Source: Eledone cirrhosa
Lineage: Eukaryota
Reading direction: 5' to 3'
Assembly (NCBI GenBank): GCA_964016885.1
Contig: OZ024743.1
Location: forward strand, 25,172,001-25,236,000
DNA length: 64,000 nt
A program made the position numbers and the translations under genes. Every line of letters begins with the position of its first letter. Position 1 is the stretch's first letter. The notes under the pieces were generated by a model. The model saw only the letters and a program-made list of their open reading frames with translations. It had not been told where the DNA came from and searched no databases. Of the stretch, positions 1 through 14,710 are shown one piece after another.

Positions 1-1236
1 TGTGAGTTTTTTGTGTATTCTAGTATGAAAGAGTATGTGCTATGTATGTGTTTCTGTATACGTATCTGTGCGTACATTTTAGAAGCAGGTGTTTATTACA
101 GTAAAAATGGGATGACTATTAGTAATTCGAATGTGTTCAGGGTGCATTCAGGTCATCAGGTTTTAACATGACAATGGCGGAAGTAAGCACAATATGCTGA
201 TGAGAATTATAATGATTTCTAATATAGGCACAAGGTCACAAACACATAGTGGGGGAGGGGGTAAATGGTCTTCAGTACTTGACAGGTTTTATTTTATTGA
301 CCCCGGGTGGACGAATGGCCAGGTTGAATTTAGGAAGATGTGAACTGAAAATGTGAAGATCGGAAGCAAACACCGCAAGTCAATGTGTCCAGTATTCTAA
401 TGAATCTTCCAATTTTTTGACATAGCACAAGTTCTCACATTTTAGGTGGGATTTAAACTGGGAAAATGGACACAACTAAATACAGCAAGTCATTCTATCT
501 TGTATGAATGTTTGGGAAGGGATCAGTCGATTAAATCAATATTAATACTTGATGAGTGAATTATTTTTCGGAAACGGAAGGATGAAAGGCACAATTGACC
601 TCGACAAGATTTACGGGAAAATGATGATGAGTGAAGTTGAACATGATGGAGGTGAAGTGTGTAGTTGTTGGCGAGAAAGTGTGCGAAGGATTCGGGACTG
701 ATTTAGACGTCCAAGAAGTTACATTCATGCTACTTCATCTACACCCAACAACTCTATAATGTCACCCCACTCACCAGAGACACACGTGCACATGCGTATA
801 GTTGATCATATACGATATGTAGCGTTCAATAACAACATAAATAACACTGTTATATATCAAACTAAAAGCAAAGTTAACAAGAATTGCTCATGCTGGTAGT
901 CTTATTTAAATTGATGTCAGATCTGATCTTTAATTCAAGGTCTTCCAACCATGACTATCATGACGTTTATTTTTAGGCTTATGTCCAATGTGTTCTTCCT
1001 TTGTTTAAATATGTGTTCGCTGATTATCTTTTACAGGTCGGATTACAATACTGAGCAGACATTTTAACGCCACTCAGCCACGGCACACTTTTGTGGTTTG
1101 CAAGTGTGATGCGAAAGTTTGAAGCTAGTTGTAAAATAGTAGGATACTTAGGAGACTTCAGTGATTTGATGCATCTTACTGCTGCGAATCTGTATATTTG
1201 CGTGTGCGCTCTGTTTTAAAATAATATTAAAAGAGT

Positions 1237-1314
<78 letters not shown>

Positions 1315-1349
1315 AAAAATGGAGTGCTGCGTGGTTGCACATGGGTTAC

Positions 1350-1609
1350 ATATGAATAAAATTAGTCCTTCATCAGTGATCTTCCAACCTTCATTGGTAT
1401 ATCATCGCTTTAAAAATCATATACCTCTGGTTGGTGCGAGCAATAACTAAATAAAGCCATTGGGACAAGTAAAATAGGGTGAAGCGAGCGAGACATGTAA
1501 ACAAACAAAGATGGTATTGCTTTACCAACCAGAGGTATATGATTTTCAAAGCGATGAAATACCAATGAAGGTTGGAAGATCACTGATGAAGGACTAATTT
1601 TATTCATAT
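1350..1609. repeat. fold-back inverted repeat between (TA)n tracts
   Basis: Arms 1350-1435 and 1524-1609 are near-perfect reverse complements containing CTGATGAAGGAC. Related copy at about 2600-2672. Confidence 0.85.
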
Positions 1610-1794
1610 ATATATATATATATATATGATATATATTTATCCTTATCGAGCCCTCTTTGGATTTTAGTCTTCAAATTTATTATTATTACTATTATTATTA
1701 CTATTATTATTACTATTATTATTATTATTATTACTATATATGTAATTTATGTCTTTAAGAATTTAAGAAGGTTTATTTACAATAACTTATAACT

Positions 1795-1911
<117 letters not shown>

Positions 1912-1955
1912 CATATATACGTTTATAGAGTTATCTGTCTCTAATACATACTTAC

Positions 1956-1986
<31 letters not shown>

Positions 1987-2301
1987 AAATTTTAAGAAAC
2001 TCAAAGTGTGCTATAACATTTTTAGGGTATTATTTCGTGTGCCATGAATCGAAGAAGAGGCTCCTTCGTTGACTTCACAAAACCTACCTCAGTAACAATA
2101 TTTTTATGAGAATAAAGTTGTGAATATGCTAGATAAATGGAAAGGGGGGGGGGGGGGGGTGCATAGCTGATGAAAAGATGTGTTTAATGAGCAGTGAACC
2201 GTTGATGTACAGGGGTGTTATATGTGTGCCAATGATACGGTAGGTGTCAAAAAGGACAGAATACAAGATTAAAATTAATAACAAATATATCCAATACACT
2301 C

Positions 2302-2665
2302 TAATGCTGGTGAAACGGGTGAGGCCGGGGTAAAAAGAATGGCACCGGGAAAGGAGATCTTATATGGTAGAGGCAAAAAGGTGGTTAAGGCGTGGTTGGT
2401 TAAGATGGTTTATAATATAGTTTTTATATTCAAAGTCTATAAACAATGGCGAGAATTTTTTGCAATATTGTTTGAGTGTGCATCACATATATACATATAT
2501 AGGTATATACAATATGCATATTTATATATTACATACATATACAATCTATATACACACACATGTATATATATATATATATATAAAAACATGAGAAGAAAGA
2601 ATACTGCGTGGTAGCACATGGGTTACATATGATAAAAATAGTCCTTTGTCAGTGATTTTCCAACC

Positions 2666-2711
<46 letters not shown>

Positions 2712-2726
2712 TATGTATATATAAGT

Positions 2727-2775
<49 letters not shown>

Positions 2776-2837
2776 AAATTTAGTACAGCATCATCGAAGC
2801 TGGTTGCAGCCAAGCTAACGAATGCATTTTTAATATA

Positions 2838-2870
<33 letters not shown>

Positions 2871-3214
2871 GAAAATTAGAATTGGTGCTCTGAAATAGCG
2901 ATGTATATATGAATGAATATATAGTGTATTTTGCAATACACTGTATGCTTAATTAAAAGCATTTTGAAGACCTTGCGGTATTGTTTTAAAGTAGTGACTA
3001 TGTCACTTACTTCTCCCTTTGTTTGCTGAAAAAAAAAGTAAGTGACATACTCACTTCTTTAAAACAATAGCGCAAGGTCTTCAAAATGCTTTTAATTAAG
3101 CATAAAGTGTATTGCAAAATACACTATATATACATTGATATATATATATACATATATATAAGTATGTAAATAAATACATGTATATATTATAAATTACATT
3201 ACACGCTCACACAC

Positions 3215-3268
<54 letters not shown>

Positions 3269-3554
3269 TAAAATAACAGATTAAAGTTTAAGCAAAGAAT
3301 CGCTGCTTTCACCCTTAACGGGATCTTCTGAAACTAACAAAGTCAATCTGTAAACGCAGAACTGGATATTTCAAAAAACGTTGCAACCGGAGAAAGACAC
3401 CAATGCTGGTGAAACGGGTGAGGCCGGGGTAAAAAGAATGGCACCGGGAAAGGTTGATCTTATATGGTAGAGGCAAAAAGGTGGTTAAGGCGTGGTTGGT
3501 TAAGATGGTTTATAATATAGTTTTTATATTCAAAGTCTATAAACAATGGCGAGA
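2302..3554 (+). repeat. about 150-bp direct repeat (2302-2454 and 3402-3554)
   Basis: aatgctggtgaaacgggtgaggccgggg...aaacaatggcgaga is nearly identical in both copies. Confidence 0.85.
2917..3131. repeat. fold-back inverted repeat
   Basis: Arms of about 96 bp (2917-3012 / 3036-3131) with few mismatches, flanked by TA runs. Confidence 0.85.
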
Positions 3555-3580
3555 TATATATATATCAATTTTATTATTAT

Positions 3581-3624
<44 letters not shown>

Positions 3625-4030
3625 GTATATATGTATATTTATATGCCTATACATATATATTTATATATTCGTGTGTAGCAACGAGGATTTGCAAGCAGTA
3701 CTTTATATTCAATACTTCAGGAACTTAAGTGTGTTATTTCAATTTATTTTATATATTTACAGAATTTATTCTCTGTTCACCGTAGGCGATATAGTACATA
3801 ACTATTACTATATACACTCTTATGTAGTTGTGAACATAATTGTAATGGGTCGAAATACATCTTCTCCCACCATACACACATACATGCATACATTTTTTGT
3901 ATGCATGGTCCCCCCCCCCCCCTCTCTCTGTATATATATATATATCGGAATAAACAGAGCCACCTGCGCACTTTCTTGAGTGCTCTACGCTCCATACTGA
4001 AGTGTCGGTAATTAACCAACATGTACACAA

Positions 4031-4067
<37 letters not shown>

Positions 4068-4182
4068 ATTTTATTTTTATATTTTGTTATTGCCTCCTCC
4101 TTATTGAGGACGCCTTTTTGTGTAAACTCCCCCCTTTGTACTTGTCCCACTTTTGATGCCCTAGTGGCAAATAAAAGAAATA

Positions 4183-4237
<55 letters not shown>

Positions 4238-5032
4238 ATATATATACACGAGTATATAGAACAAGCACACATATATATATTTATAGATCGATAGCTTGAT
4301 AATGTGTTTAGGCGGTAACATTTGCAATGCGATAGAGTGGGTATTCGAATTCAGAACACTCTTTATAATATTTTGTAATAATATAAATTCGGTATCGTTT
4401 CAATTTTAACGAAAAAAATACGGATTTATTGGTATATATTGGTATATATTGGTATATATTGGTATATATTGCAATTATTCATGCCTATATCCATGCACAC
4501 TACTTTATATACAAATTTCGTTTGGTATTTAATCGACAGAGTTACGTCCCTTACCTGGCCAATGCAAGAGGTTGATAGAAATTGTACCAGTCGAAGTACT
4601 AAGGCTGAATTAACCTCTAAAGCATTTGATGATGATGCTCTAGCATGGTTGTAATTAATAACTGAAACCAGTGAAACAAGAATACACACACACTCTACTA
4701 ACACAAACACACTCGCTTACACAGATACACACATAAGCATATATTTGAAAATGTGAGACTCCAAAATAATAGTATTAATAATAGTTGAGAAAACTATGGT
4801 TATTCATTGTTATAACATTTTAAGGTATCAATGAGTCACAGCGCTTGGATAATACATGGTGCTCGCTTTACAAATTGTTGCATTGTTTCTTTCCAGGACT
4901 AGTTGTAAAATATACCTCATTTGGACATTCCATGAGCGTGTCTAGGTCATCCTATGAACTTTTCAACCACCCTTTGGATTTGAACTTCCAATCTATCTAT
5001 CTATCTATGTTTATATATATATATATATAAAT

Positions 5033-5090
<58 letters not shown>

Positions 5091-5203
5091 TTACGTATGT
5101 TTATATATATATATATACATACATGAATACATACATATCTATTACACGCGCACACACATATACAAACAAACATACATATATACATACATATATATATATA
5201 CAT

Positions 5204-5245
<42 letters not shown>

Positions 5246-5395
5246 CCATGTATACACTCCCGGGTTTCAAATAATCGTCACCCCAGCACTAATTAAGTTT
5301 TCAGATTTTTCCACACTACATAGGATGTGTTAGGGTCTCAATAAATAAACTAAACCACTAATACTAGTTTTTAAAAAAATCTCTCTATATATATG

Positions 5396-5428
<33 letters not shown>

Positions 5429-5477
5429 TATATATTATATATATATACACATATACATATATATGTATGTGTATGTA

Positions 5478-5508
<31 letters not shown>

Positions 5509-5696
5509 ACCTAAGCGCCTGTATGTCTCTGTGTATTTGCATGAGAATATTGATGGAATGAGAGGATGCGGTTATACCTTGGCAGTTTCATATCTGTAGC
5601 TATGAAGGAGAGAGAGAACTACATAAATAGATAGTTAGAGAGAGAGAGATGAATGTAAAGAAGAGTGAGAAAGAGAGTGAGTGGAGAATGCAATGT

Positions 5697-5733
<37 letters not shown>

Positions 5734-6600
5734 GGGGGGGGGATAATTGTTCCAATGTGCTAGGAAAATGGTCATTTTACGATAAGCACCTGTGGCATCG
5801 CTTATTAATTAGCGAAGCAGAGCGGCTGCTATTTTTCATATAATTCACATTTTTACATTTCATTTTGTTTTTTAATTGCTTGATCGAGTGTTTGCACACA
5901 TATACCCCTCTCCACTCAAACACCCACATACACACTCACGCACCTATTACACACACACACGCACAAACACAGGCACACATGTACATATGTCTGTGTGTGT
6001 TCGTGTGTTTGTGTGTGTATGTGTTTTTTGAATGAGTGTCTATATGAGTCTATATGTGTCTATATATGTGTCTGTATGTGTATTTTGATACTTGAGCAAA
6101 CCTGTTTGCTATGTGTATGCCTGTGCGTCCTTATGCATATGTGTCACTGTGTGTGCGTGTGCGTGTGCGTGTGTGTGTGTGAATATACACGTATACAATG
6201 AATGTGTAACTACGGACTGTTGTTAGTCCATTGTACAAGTTCGCCATTGTTATCTGAATATCACGATTCATTTTATGAGCTTCTTATTTAAATTTTTGTT
6301 TGAAGTTCTCTCTAGTTCTATCATTTATCTCTCTCTCTCTTTCGGCGAATTACTTCCCACTGTCGCTTTTTCTCTCTTCACCCTTCCCTTTCTTTACTTC
6401 CTTCTTTGAGTTTTAATCAAATCATTAAAAACATATCAACACGAAATACATAAATAGATGAATTATTAAAATATCCTGCGTGCCTGCTAGAGGTGGCGGT
6501 GGTGGTGGTGATGGTGGGCTATTATCGTTAAATATCACCACCATCAGCATCATTTAACGTCCGTTTTCCCGTTTTCCGTATATGTTTTCCATATATATAC

Positions 6601-6645
<45 letters not shown>

Positions 6646-7262
6646 CAAATTGTGGGGTGACACGGTTGCCAGTTGTTGGTGGTGGATGTGTGTAGTTATG
6701 GTCTTTGATATTGTAGTCGTGATGGTGTTTCTGCTGTTGATATTAATGTTGGTGATAGCGATGCTGGTGTTAATTATGTTGACTGTGCTATAAATGCTTC
6801 TGGTAGAGATGGTAATATTTATTATTGTTGTTCTCAGTTCTCATTGTGATGGTGATGTTAGCATTAGTGGTGTAGGTCATGTAGTGGTTGCGGTGGTGGT
6901 TGCGACGGTAGTAATACCATATTATTGATAATGGTATCTGTGTTGACACCAAACACATCAATACACAATGCTGTATTGATGTGTTTTCTTTCCTGACTGC
7001 TTTTTCCTCTTTATTTTATACAAATTATGAAACATATCTAATTACTATTTATCATAATAAATTCATTCAAATATTACTAAAATATTTTATTTATACAGCC
7101 AAGCAAAATGAACTGCAAATCCGTTTTGGTTTCCTTTTAAAACACAATTTAATCTCCATTGCGTTCATTTATGGCTGATTATAGAATTGAGTTTGTGGAA
7201 ATATTTAGTTTTACGTAGTTCCGCCGAGTTCGAGTCTATTACGCAGTGTTTTGAGAGAATGG

Positions 7263-7545
7263 TTTTTTTTTTATATATATCAAATAAATGGGTTTATTTA
7301 CAATAGTTTATAACTTTGCCTATTAATCCGTATGGTTAGCAAATGTGGTCCCACATGCAGCTTCCCCACAGCCCCGGCAGACAGGATGGAGAAGGCGTTT
7401 CCCAGGAGGATGGCAAGGGAGATGCGCTGGAAGAGCCATTCTAGCTCGTGAGGCTCACACCTGCGGCTGGCTAGCTCAGCGCCTATGGTGGTGAATAGGG
7501 AGGTAGCCCTAGGCCAAGGACACCAGAATTCTCCCTGGCGAGTGA
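7263..7545 (-). mobile_element. CRE-like (restriction-like endonuclease) non-LTR retrotransposon 3' end with poly(A)
   Basis: Minus translation ENSGVLG/PRATSLFTTIGAEL...ELEWLFQRISLAILLGNAFSIL matches the C-terminal RLE motif E..G..G...QR(I/L)S.A...GNA. Followed by AATAAA and an A10 tail. Confidence 0.7.
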
Positions 7546-8673
7546 AATTAAGTATTGAGCAATTGTGCTGACGCTAGTAGGATGATCTGTACTTATTCTT
7601 GGCTGATGTACTTAACACCATCACTTGGTCTTTGTGTGACTTTAGGTGTCCTTTATGTTCTCGTACTTAGCTTTACATTGTATAGTAGAACTGAACATCT
7701 CTTGTCATACATATAATGATATAATCTACATTGAAACTATATTTACAATATTGGATATAAATCTAAATTACACACATATAAGCACACGCACACACGCACA
7801 CATACACACATACACACATTGTTAGAAATCAAATCTTAAATAAGTAACTCAAAACATTTTACGTGCACTTACATTTCATTGAAATATTTCCAACCTAAAA
7901 TCTAATTATCGGCTCCAGCTTCACAGAGTTTTGCCGCTATACATTCATATTAAACGCCACAATGTAGAAGAAAATGGACATATTATAAAGCTTGAAAAGC
8001 AGCAATCATTCGGAAATATTACGATCTCTTCTCTTCCGAATCAATTCACTGATTTACGTTATAAATCTATTGAAACAATTGCCTAGAGAATGTGGAATTA
8101 TGTATTATTTCTGCTTGAAATACACCATCTTAACGGTTCTAGTATGCCTCTGTGAATGTGATCACTGATTTCATTGTCACCGTTTTAAATCGAATATTTA
8201 CTCCACCATCTCTCGAAATTTCTTTTCACACCCACATACAAGAATACCTTATGTTTACATACAATTTAATATTTACCTACATTTTCATAAATTATTGATC
8301 CCTAAACAAAATATCAGGAACACACGCATATACGCATATAGTGTGACAGAGTCGTTAGGTCGTAGGACAAAATGCATTCCGGCACTTCTCCGTCTCACTG
8401 TGCTTGGAATTTAAATCCCAAAGACAACTTTGCTTTGCATGGTATCAATATAATGAAATTCCAGTCTACAGCGGTGTGTTGGCGGCGTTGTTATAGTGTT
8501 GAAAGAGATGCCTTGTTCCGGATTTTTGTGTTCTGAGTTCAAATCTTATTGTTGTCTACTTGTTCTTTAAAGCCCCTACCTGGCACCTATAATGGAAATT
8601 CGCTATTTTCATCAGTAATATCATCACCATAATCAAAAGTATAATTTTCCTCGACCCCATCATATGTATATAT

Positions 8674-8724
<51 letters not shown>

Positions 8725-8738
8725 TATATATGCACATA

Positions 8739-8774
<36 letters not shown>

Positions 8775-8820
8775 TGTATGTATGTATGTATGTATGTATG
8801 TATGTATGTATGTATGCATG

Positions 8821-8906
<86 letters not shown>

Positions 8907-9134
8907 GATACATATATATATATATCACCAGCAACAATCGTAGGAGCAGCATCTAGGTTATAGTAATATTTCTCTTCACCGTCTCTATTGTAGCCACTAA
9001 TATCACCATTACCATCAACTCCACCACCATGATCTTTATCATCATCATCATCATCACCACCATCATCACTATCATAATCATCATCATCACCATAATCATC
9101 ATCATCATCATCATCATCATCACCATTGTCGTCG

Positions 9135-9182
<48 letters not shown>

Positions 9183-9842
9183 CTATCATAATCATCATCA
9201 TCACCATAATCATCATCATCATCTTCATTATCATCATCATCACCACCATCATTATCAATCCGTTTCCAAATATTAATGATATCCATCACAAAGCCGAAAC
9301 TAATTAATCTAGGTTATAGTTCATATTAACGCCTTTTACCTGAGTGATGTTATGGCAGAGCAGATTGTAATCGATTTACGCTGATGAATAAGCGGTGATT
9401 CGTATCGATGATGAAAATAATGACAGCGATGCCGATGATAATGATGATGATGATGATGATGATGATGGTTATGATTATGATGATGCTAGTGTTTGTTGTA
9501 GTGGTAGAAATGATAATTATATGGATGATGATGAAAATGCTAGTTGGGTAGTAATGATTATGATGATGATTGTAATGGTGATGTTGATGATGTTACTGGT
9601 GGTGGTAGTGGCAGTAGTAATGATCACGATCATCATCATCATGATTGTGATAACGATGATGATAAGGATTCTGCTGCTGCTCAGATGAGATTGGTAATGG
9701 AGGCAATAATGATTTTTTAATGTAATCACAAGACCAAACATTTGGGGAGTGAGGGAAAAGTAGATTAAATTCCATTCCTTGACTGATACTTTACATTATC
9801 GCAATAAATATATGCAGTAAATGTGTTGTTCTTTTTACATCG

Positions 9843-9896
<54 letters not shown>

Positions 9897-9902
<6 letters not shown>

Positions 9903-9959
9903 AATTCACAAATCAAAGCTATGTTCAAAACATTTAGCTTTGATTTGTGAATTCAATAT
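9897..9959. repeat. short fold-back hairpin adjacent to (TA)n
   Basis: 25-bp perfect arms ATATTGAATTCACAAATCAAAGCTA with a 13-nt loop. Confidence 0.8.
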
Positions 9960-10094
9960 TGCTGCTCTGTAAAACAACTGATGTTCTTACATTGAGCTAT
10001 TTATCTTACTGGTAATAAGGTAGTAATACATTACTGACCTTCCTTGTTTATAGTTGTTTATAGTTTAAAATATACATAGTTATAAATAGTATCC

Positions 10095-10132
<38 letters not shown>

Positions 10133-10179
10133 AATGAATAATAACAGGTAGACATCATAAAAAGGTAGTTTATTCCGTG

Positions 10180-10291
10180 TGCTTACAAGTGTTTCCACGG
10201 TGGTACTGCAGCCTAGTTCCGCTACGTGCAAATTCACAAGTATTTGCAGAACTCGAATATCCAATGCTGTGACCACTGTTTCCTCAGAGCA
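10180..10291 (-). ncRNA. type I hammerhead ribozyme motif with long stem II (PLE-type)
   Basis: Minus strand: UGCU-CUGAGGA-[85 nt, ACAGUGGU...ACCACCGU closing helix]-GAAA-CACUUG-UA-AGCA. Stem I UGCU/AGCA; cleavage triplet GUA. Confidence 0.75.
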
Positions 10292-10337
10292 GAATGGTAA
10301 ATATACAATGTAAAAACCCTTAAGTGGGGTTGTTGGG

Positions 10338-10391
<54 letters not shown>

Positions 10392-11083
10392 GTGGCTTCA
10401 ATAATAGTTTGTAGTACAAATACATTCACACAATAAACAGATATGTAGAGAAAGACAAAATGTGTTGGATATAAAAATGAAATACAATAAATATAGGTAA
10501 CATATCCGACAACATGGCGGCACCATTTCTTTTGGATTGTAATAGCTACAATTGTAGTTAATCGTATAAAATATATTAACATACTGATCACATTTATAGC
10601 TGCAAATTCTTTTACTATATTTATAAGTAGTAACTTCGCAGATAGATAATTGTTTCTAATATAGGGATGAGTTTGGCAATGTGGGTGAAGGGAGAAGCCC
10701 ATTATATCGAACCTAGCACTTTACTGGCATTTTATTTCATCCACCCATGAGGGAAGAAAAGCAAAGTTGGCCCTGGCGCGATTTGAACTCAGAACGCAAA
10801 GGACCGTAATTAAATTCTAAAAAACATTTTGTTCGATGTCTAAAGATTCTGCCAACGTACTGCATTCCGTTTTGGCGAATAATATTAAGCCGAATGTTCA
10901 TTCAGATTTTGTAAGTTAATTAAAAGATGAATTCTAATTTCTCCTAGAATTACATGTTTGACCAACTTTTTATTACGATTATGCGATGCCATAAAAGATG
11001 TTTGGGGTGGCGATTGCAGGATTTAAATATCCCTACTTTTTATATATTATGTATTTACAATTCGTTTAATTATATATAACTAA

Positions 11084-11332
<249 letters not shown>

Positions 11333-12116
11333 TAAATTAAATTTCATGTTTCACTTTAGTAGCCCGGAGTTATATTAGTTGTCGCTGTTGGTACTGCTTA
11401 GCATCAAGTCACTTCTGATCAAATTTTCTTTGTGTTGGAAAGAACGGTGTGATATGAAGGACATTTGTCTGTTAATTCTAGTAGATTGTGAAATAAAGTA
11501 GATGGTTGGCTCATCAACAGTTATAAATGCATCAATAGGTTTAAAAGAATAAAGTTGAGAATATATAGGGGTGCACTATATGGTCGGAGTGTGTCAAGAG
11601 AGTAGTGAATATGTAGAGGTTCCTTCATTGGTTCGTGTTTTAAATTGTAATCGTGTGAGATAGAATGCGAACTAAGCAGAATGTGAGCTGACTACTCTGA
11701 GTGTTACTGGAATCAGGATTTTTCATCTCCTTCGCATTCTTAAAAGCTAAGTTTTCAGTACATGAAAACAATTTAAAATACATTATTGATGATATATAAG
11801 TCGATCATATCGACTCTTGTGTTCAAATGATATTTTATTAAATTAAATGAATCCAGAACCAGAAAAGCCATGATTTAATACCGCGCAAATCATTTACCCA
11901 AATGTTCTAACAGTTCTACTTATCTTCCAGCGTAAAATTATATTATTATTATCAACTTTTATGCAAATCTCGGTGAGGTGAACCTTTTCATTTTTCCGGG
12001 GCCAAACAATAAAGTACTATTTAATCAACTAATTCCTTGTCACCCCCACAAAAAATTGTAGTTGCTTTGTATCTATGTTCCATTTTTCTTAATTTTGATT
12101 TTTGTTTCTTTTACAG

Positions 12117-12405
12117 AACTAAATGGAAGCGGCAAACGGCCGTTGGACTAGAATTGCTCGCAGAGGCTGGTAATTATGCAGCAGTTCAGAGGATGATCCA
12201 AGCTAACCCTTACTGGTCAATTCATTATCCGCAGGCTGCTAGCATCATCTCTAATCTGGATGCTTTATACCTGAGATACAGCGGAACAAACAGTATCCAA
12301 GGCCAGCGACCCATGCTGCCTCGCACTCTCATGGCAACAGGTGGTCTTCAAACGAATTACGGCCATTTCCCATCACCCCAAGTTTTCTCTGACCACCGGA
12401 GTTAA
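12117..12405 (+). CDS. Barhl: BarH-like homeobox gene, last coding exon
   Basis: Polypyrimidine tract plus ttacAG ends at 12116. Phase-2 join gives [32 protein letters not shown], the conserved BarH/Barhl C-terminal extension. Stop TAA at 12403-12405. Confidence 0.95.
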
Positions 12406-12625
12406 ATGAACTTAATGTATAAAACACAAAATCAGACAGACAGCCAGCAGTCAGACGGGCTAACTAACAGAAAGAAACAGAATGATTGAGAGGAAAAAAT
12501 AAAGATTTTTCTTTCTAAACAGGAAACTTTGTAAAGCTTATTACTTATCATATGAATTCAGGTTTCAATTCTACATAAGATGTGAACGTCAAATAATATA
12601 TAGACATGCATACATGCATACATGC

Positions 12626-12681
<56 letters not shown>

Positions 12682-13320
12682 GTGTATGTATATATATGTA
12701 CATCAGTAATCCTTCAAACTGGGTACTCAAACAACAGACTATTCTTCTGATTTTATCTGTATTCAGATGTAAGCTATATTTTCGAATGCTATGCCATACG
12801 ATGCAAATATACATGATCAAATTAAATAACAAACATGGAAAGGCAAACAAGCAAAGAGGGAACAAGAAAGAAAATGTGTAACTTGAATGAATAAATCAAT
12901 AAAAGAAGAGCAAAGCGAGAGAGAAAGAGAGATGGAGAGAGAAAATGAGAGAGAGAATTGGAGAAAGACGATACATCATCAAGAATTTATAATAATGACT
13001 TGGTAACTAAAGCTTGGACGTTTCCTACACGTGCACTAAAATCTAACTGTGCATGTGTGTATACATGCATGCAAAACATACATGCATGCCTACAACCGTA
13101 TATGTATATATAACATACATCATACATACCTAGACAGACACATACCTGTGTCTGTATATAATAAATATATATATTTAAATAAGCATCATACACACAGACA
13201 TACACACACGCACGCATCTATTATAACATCAAGAATCTTGCGGACAAACACACTATGTATATATACGCATACAAACATACATATTATTTATACATACATA
13301 CATGTTTATTTGTTTCGCTG

Positions 13321-13387
<67 letters not shown>

Positions 13388-13652
13388 TTTTCAAGTGGAA
13401 AGTTTTCAACATACATCCCACCTTGTACTTCGAATGATAAAATCTGTTTTCTTGAAAAAACTGCTCTTTGTCAGGAACTTGTGGTGATACGTGAGGCGTC
13501 ATTATATTTTTAAACATTACACACACACACACACCCAGCCACCCCCACACACGCACACCCATATATATATATATATATATATATATAATGTGTGCAGGTG
13601 CATCAATGTATGTATGTGTAGTATATACAAGTGAATGTGTATGTCTGTACTA

Positions 13653-13658
13653 AATAAA
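13653..13658 (+). promoter_or_regulatory. candidate polyadenylation signal of the BarH-like gene
   Basis: AATAAA followed by U-rich sequence about 1.25 kb after the stop. Other AATAAA copies near 12890-12903 are alternatives. Confidence 0.3.
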
Positions 13659-14139
13659 CAATGCTTTAGACACATGCTTCTCGTTTATTTCAAAACGATT
13701 TCTATTTATTATTTATTATTTTTTACGTTTTAAGATAAGAAATTAAGATAAGAAAATAAGTAAATAGTCAAAAAACCTTGTAAGGTTCATTAATGTAACA
13801 GCTTTATTGCAGGTTAATTCTCCTGCATACAGTCCGACTCTCGCTCTCTCTGTCACACCTTCTCTGTTTCTCTCTACACAAATATACACACACATAACCT
13901 ACCACACTCTCGCATCAATGCACAAACACATCCACACACAAACAACTCTTAGTCCCTCTTCTATCACAAATGGCCATGGATTTGCATCTAGATGCCCCCC
14001 CCCCCCCGAGACACAAGTCTGGGCAAGGTGTTTTTGTGGATGACCGGCAATCTCCCATACATACCAGTCTCGCCACGTCATGCCACCGAAATTGTAAAAA
14101 TATCAGTAGGAACGATTAAATTATATATACATATATAAT

Positions 14140-14710
14140 TAAATCGACTGGGGTCGATTTAATCAACTTTTCCTTCCCTTAAATTGTTGACCCTGTGCCT
14201 TGGCATTATCGGTAGAGAGTCGTACATCATGCTTTGAAACATTGAGTTACGGCCCTTTACGGCCTGAGTTCAAATCCCGCTGAGGTTAAATTTGCCTCTC
14301 ATTCTTACGGGGTTGATCAAATAAAGCCCCTGTAATGTACTAGGGTAATTTAATCGACTTACCCTTCCTCCCTAATTACTGGCCTTGTGCCTATACTAGA
14401 AATCATTAGCATTTGTCATCCTTACGGGGTCAATGAAATAAAGTACCAGTAACGCACTGGCGTCGATTTAATCGACTTTTCCCTCCACCAAAATTATTGG
14501 ACTTGTGCCTAAATCAGGAATCATAGTATCGGTAGAGGGTCGGACGCCATGCTTTGACGCATAGAGTTACGGCCCTTGCCATTCTGAGTTCAAATCTCAC
14601 CGAGGTTAACTTTGCCTTTCATCCTTACGTGGGGTCGATAAGATAAAGTACCAGTAATGTACTGGGTAATTGCTGGCTTTGTGCCAAAAGTAGAAACAAT
14701 TATTATTATT
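14140..14710 (+). mobile_element. cluster of tRNA-derived SINE copies (Nin/Deu-like central domain)
   Basis: A/B-box-like heads (tggcattatcgg...gagttcaaatcc), then gaggttaactttgcctttcatccttacggggtcgataaaataaagtaccag, then (TTA)n tails. Confidence 0.75.

Noticed and set aside
5255-5340. Tc1-like TIR after TA (CACTCCCGGG...)
   Set aside because: No partner TIR or transposase was found in the window.
9028-9670. (ATC)n block followed by (GAT)n block forming an apparent inverted repeat
   Set aside because: Low-complexity complementarity only; no unique-sequence symmetry.
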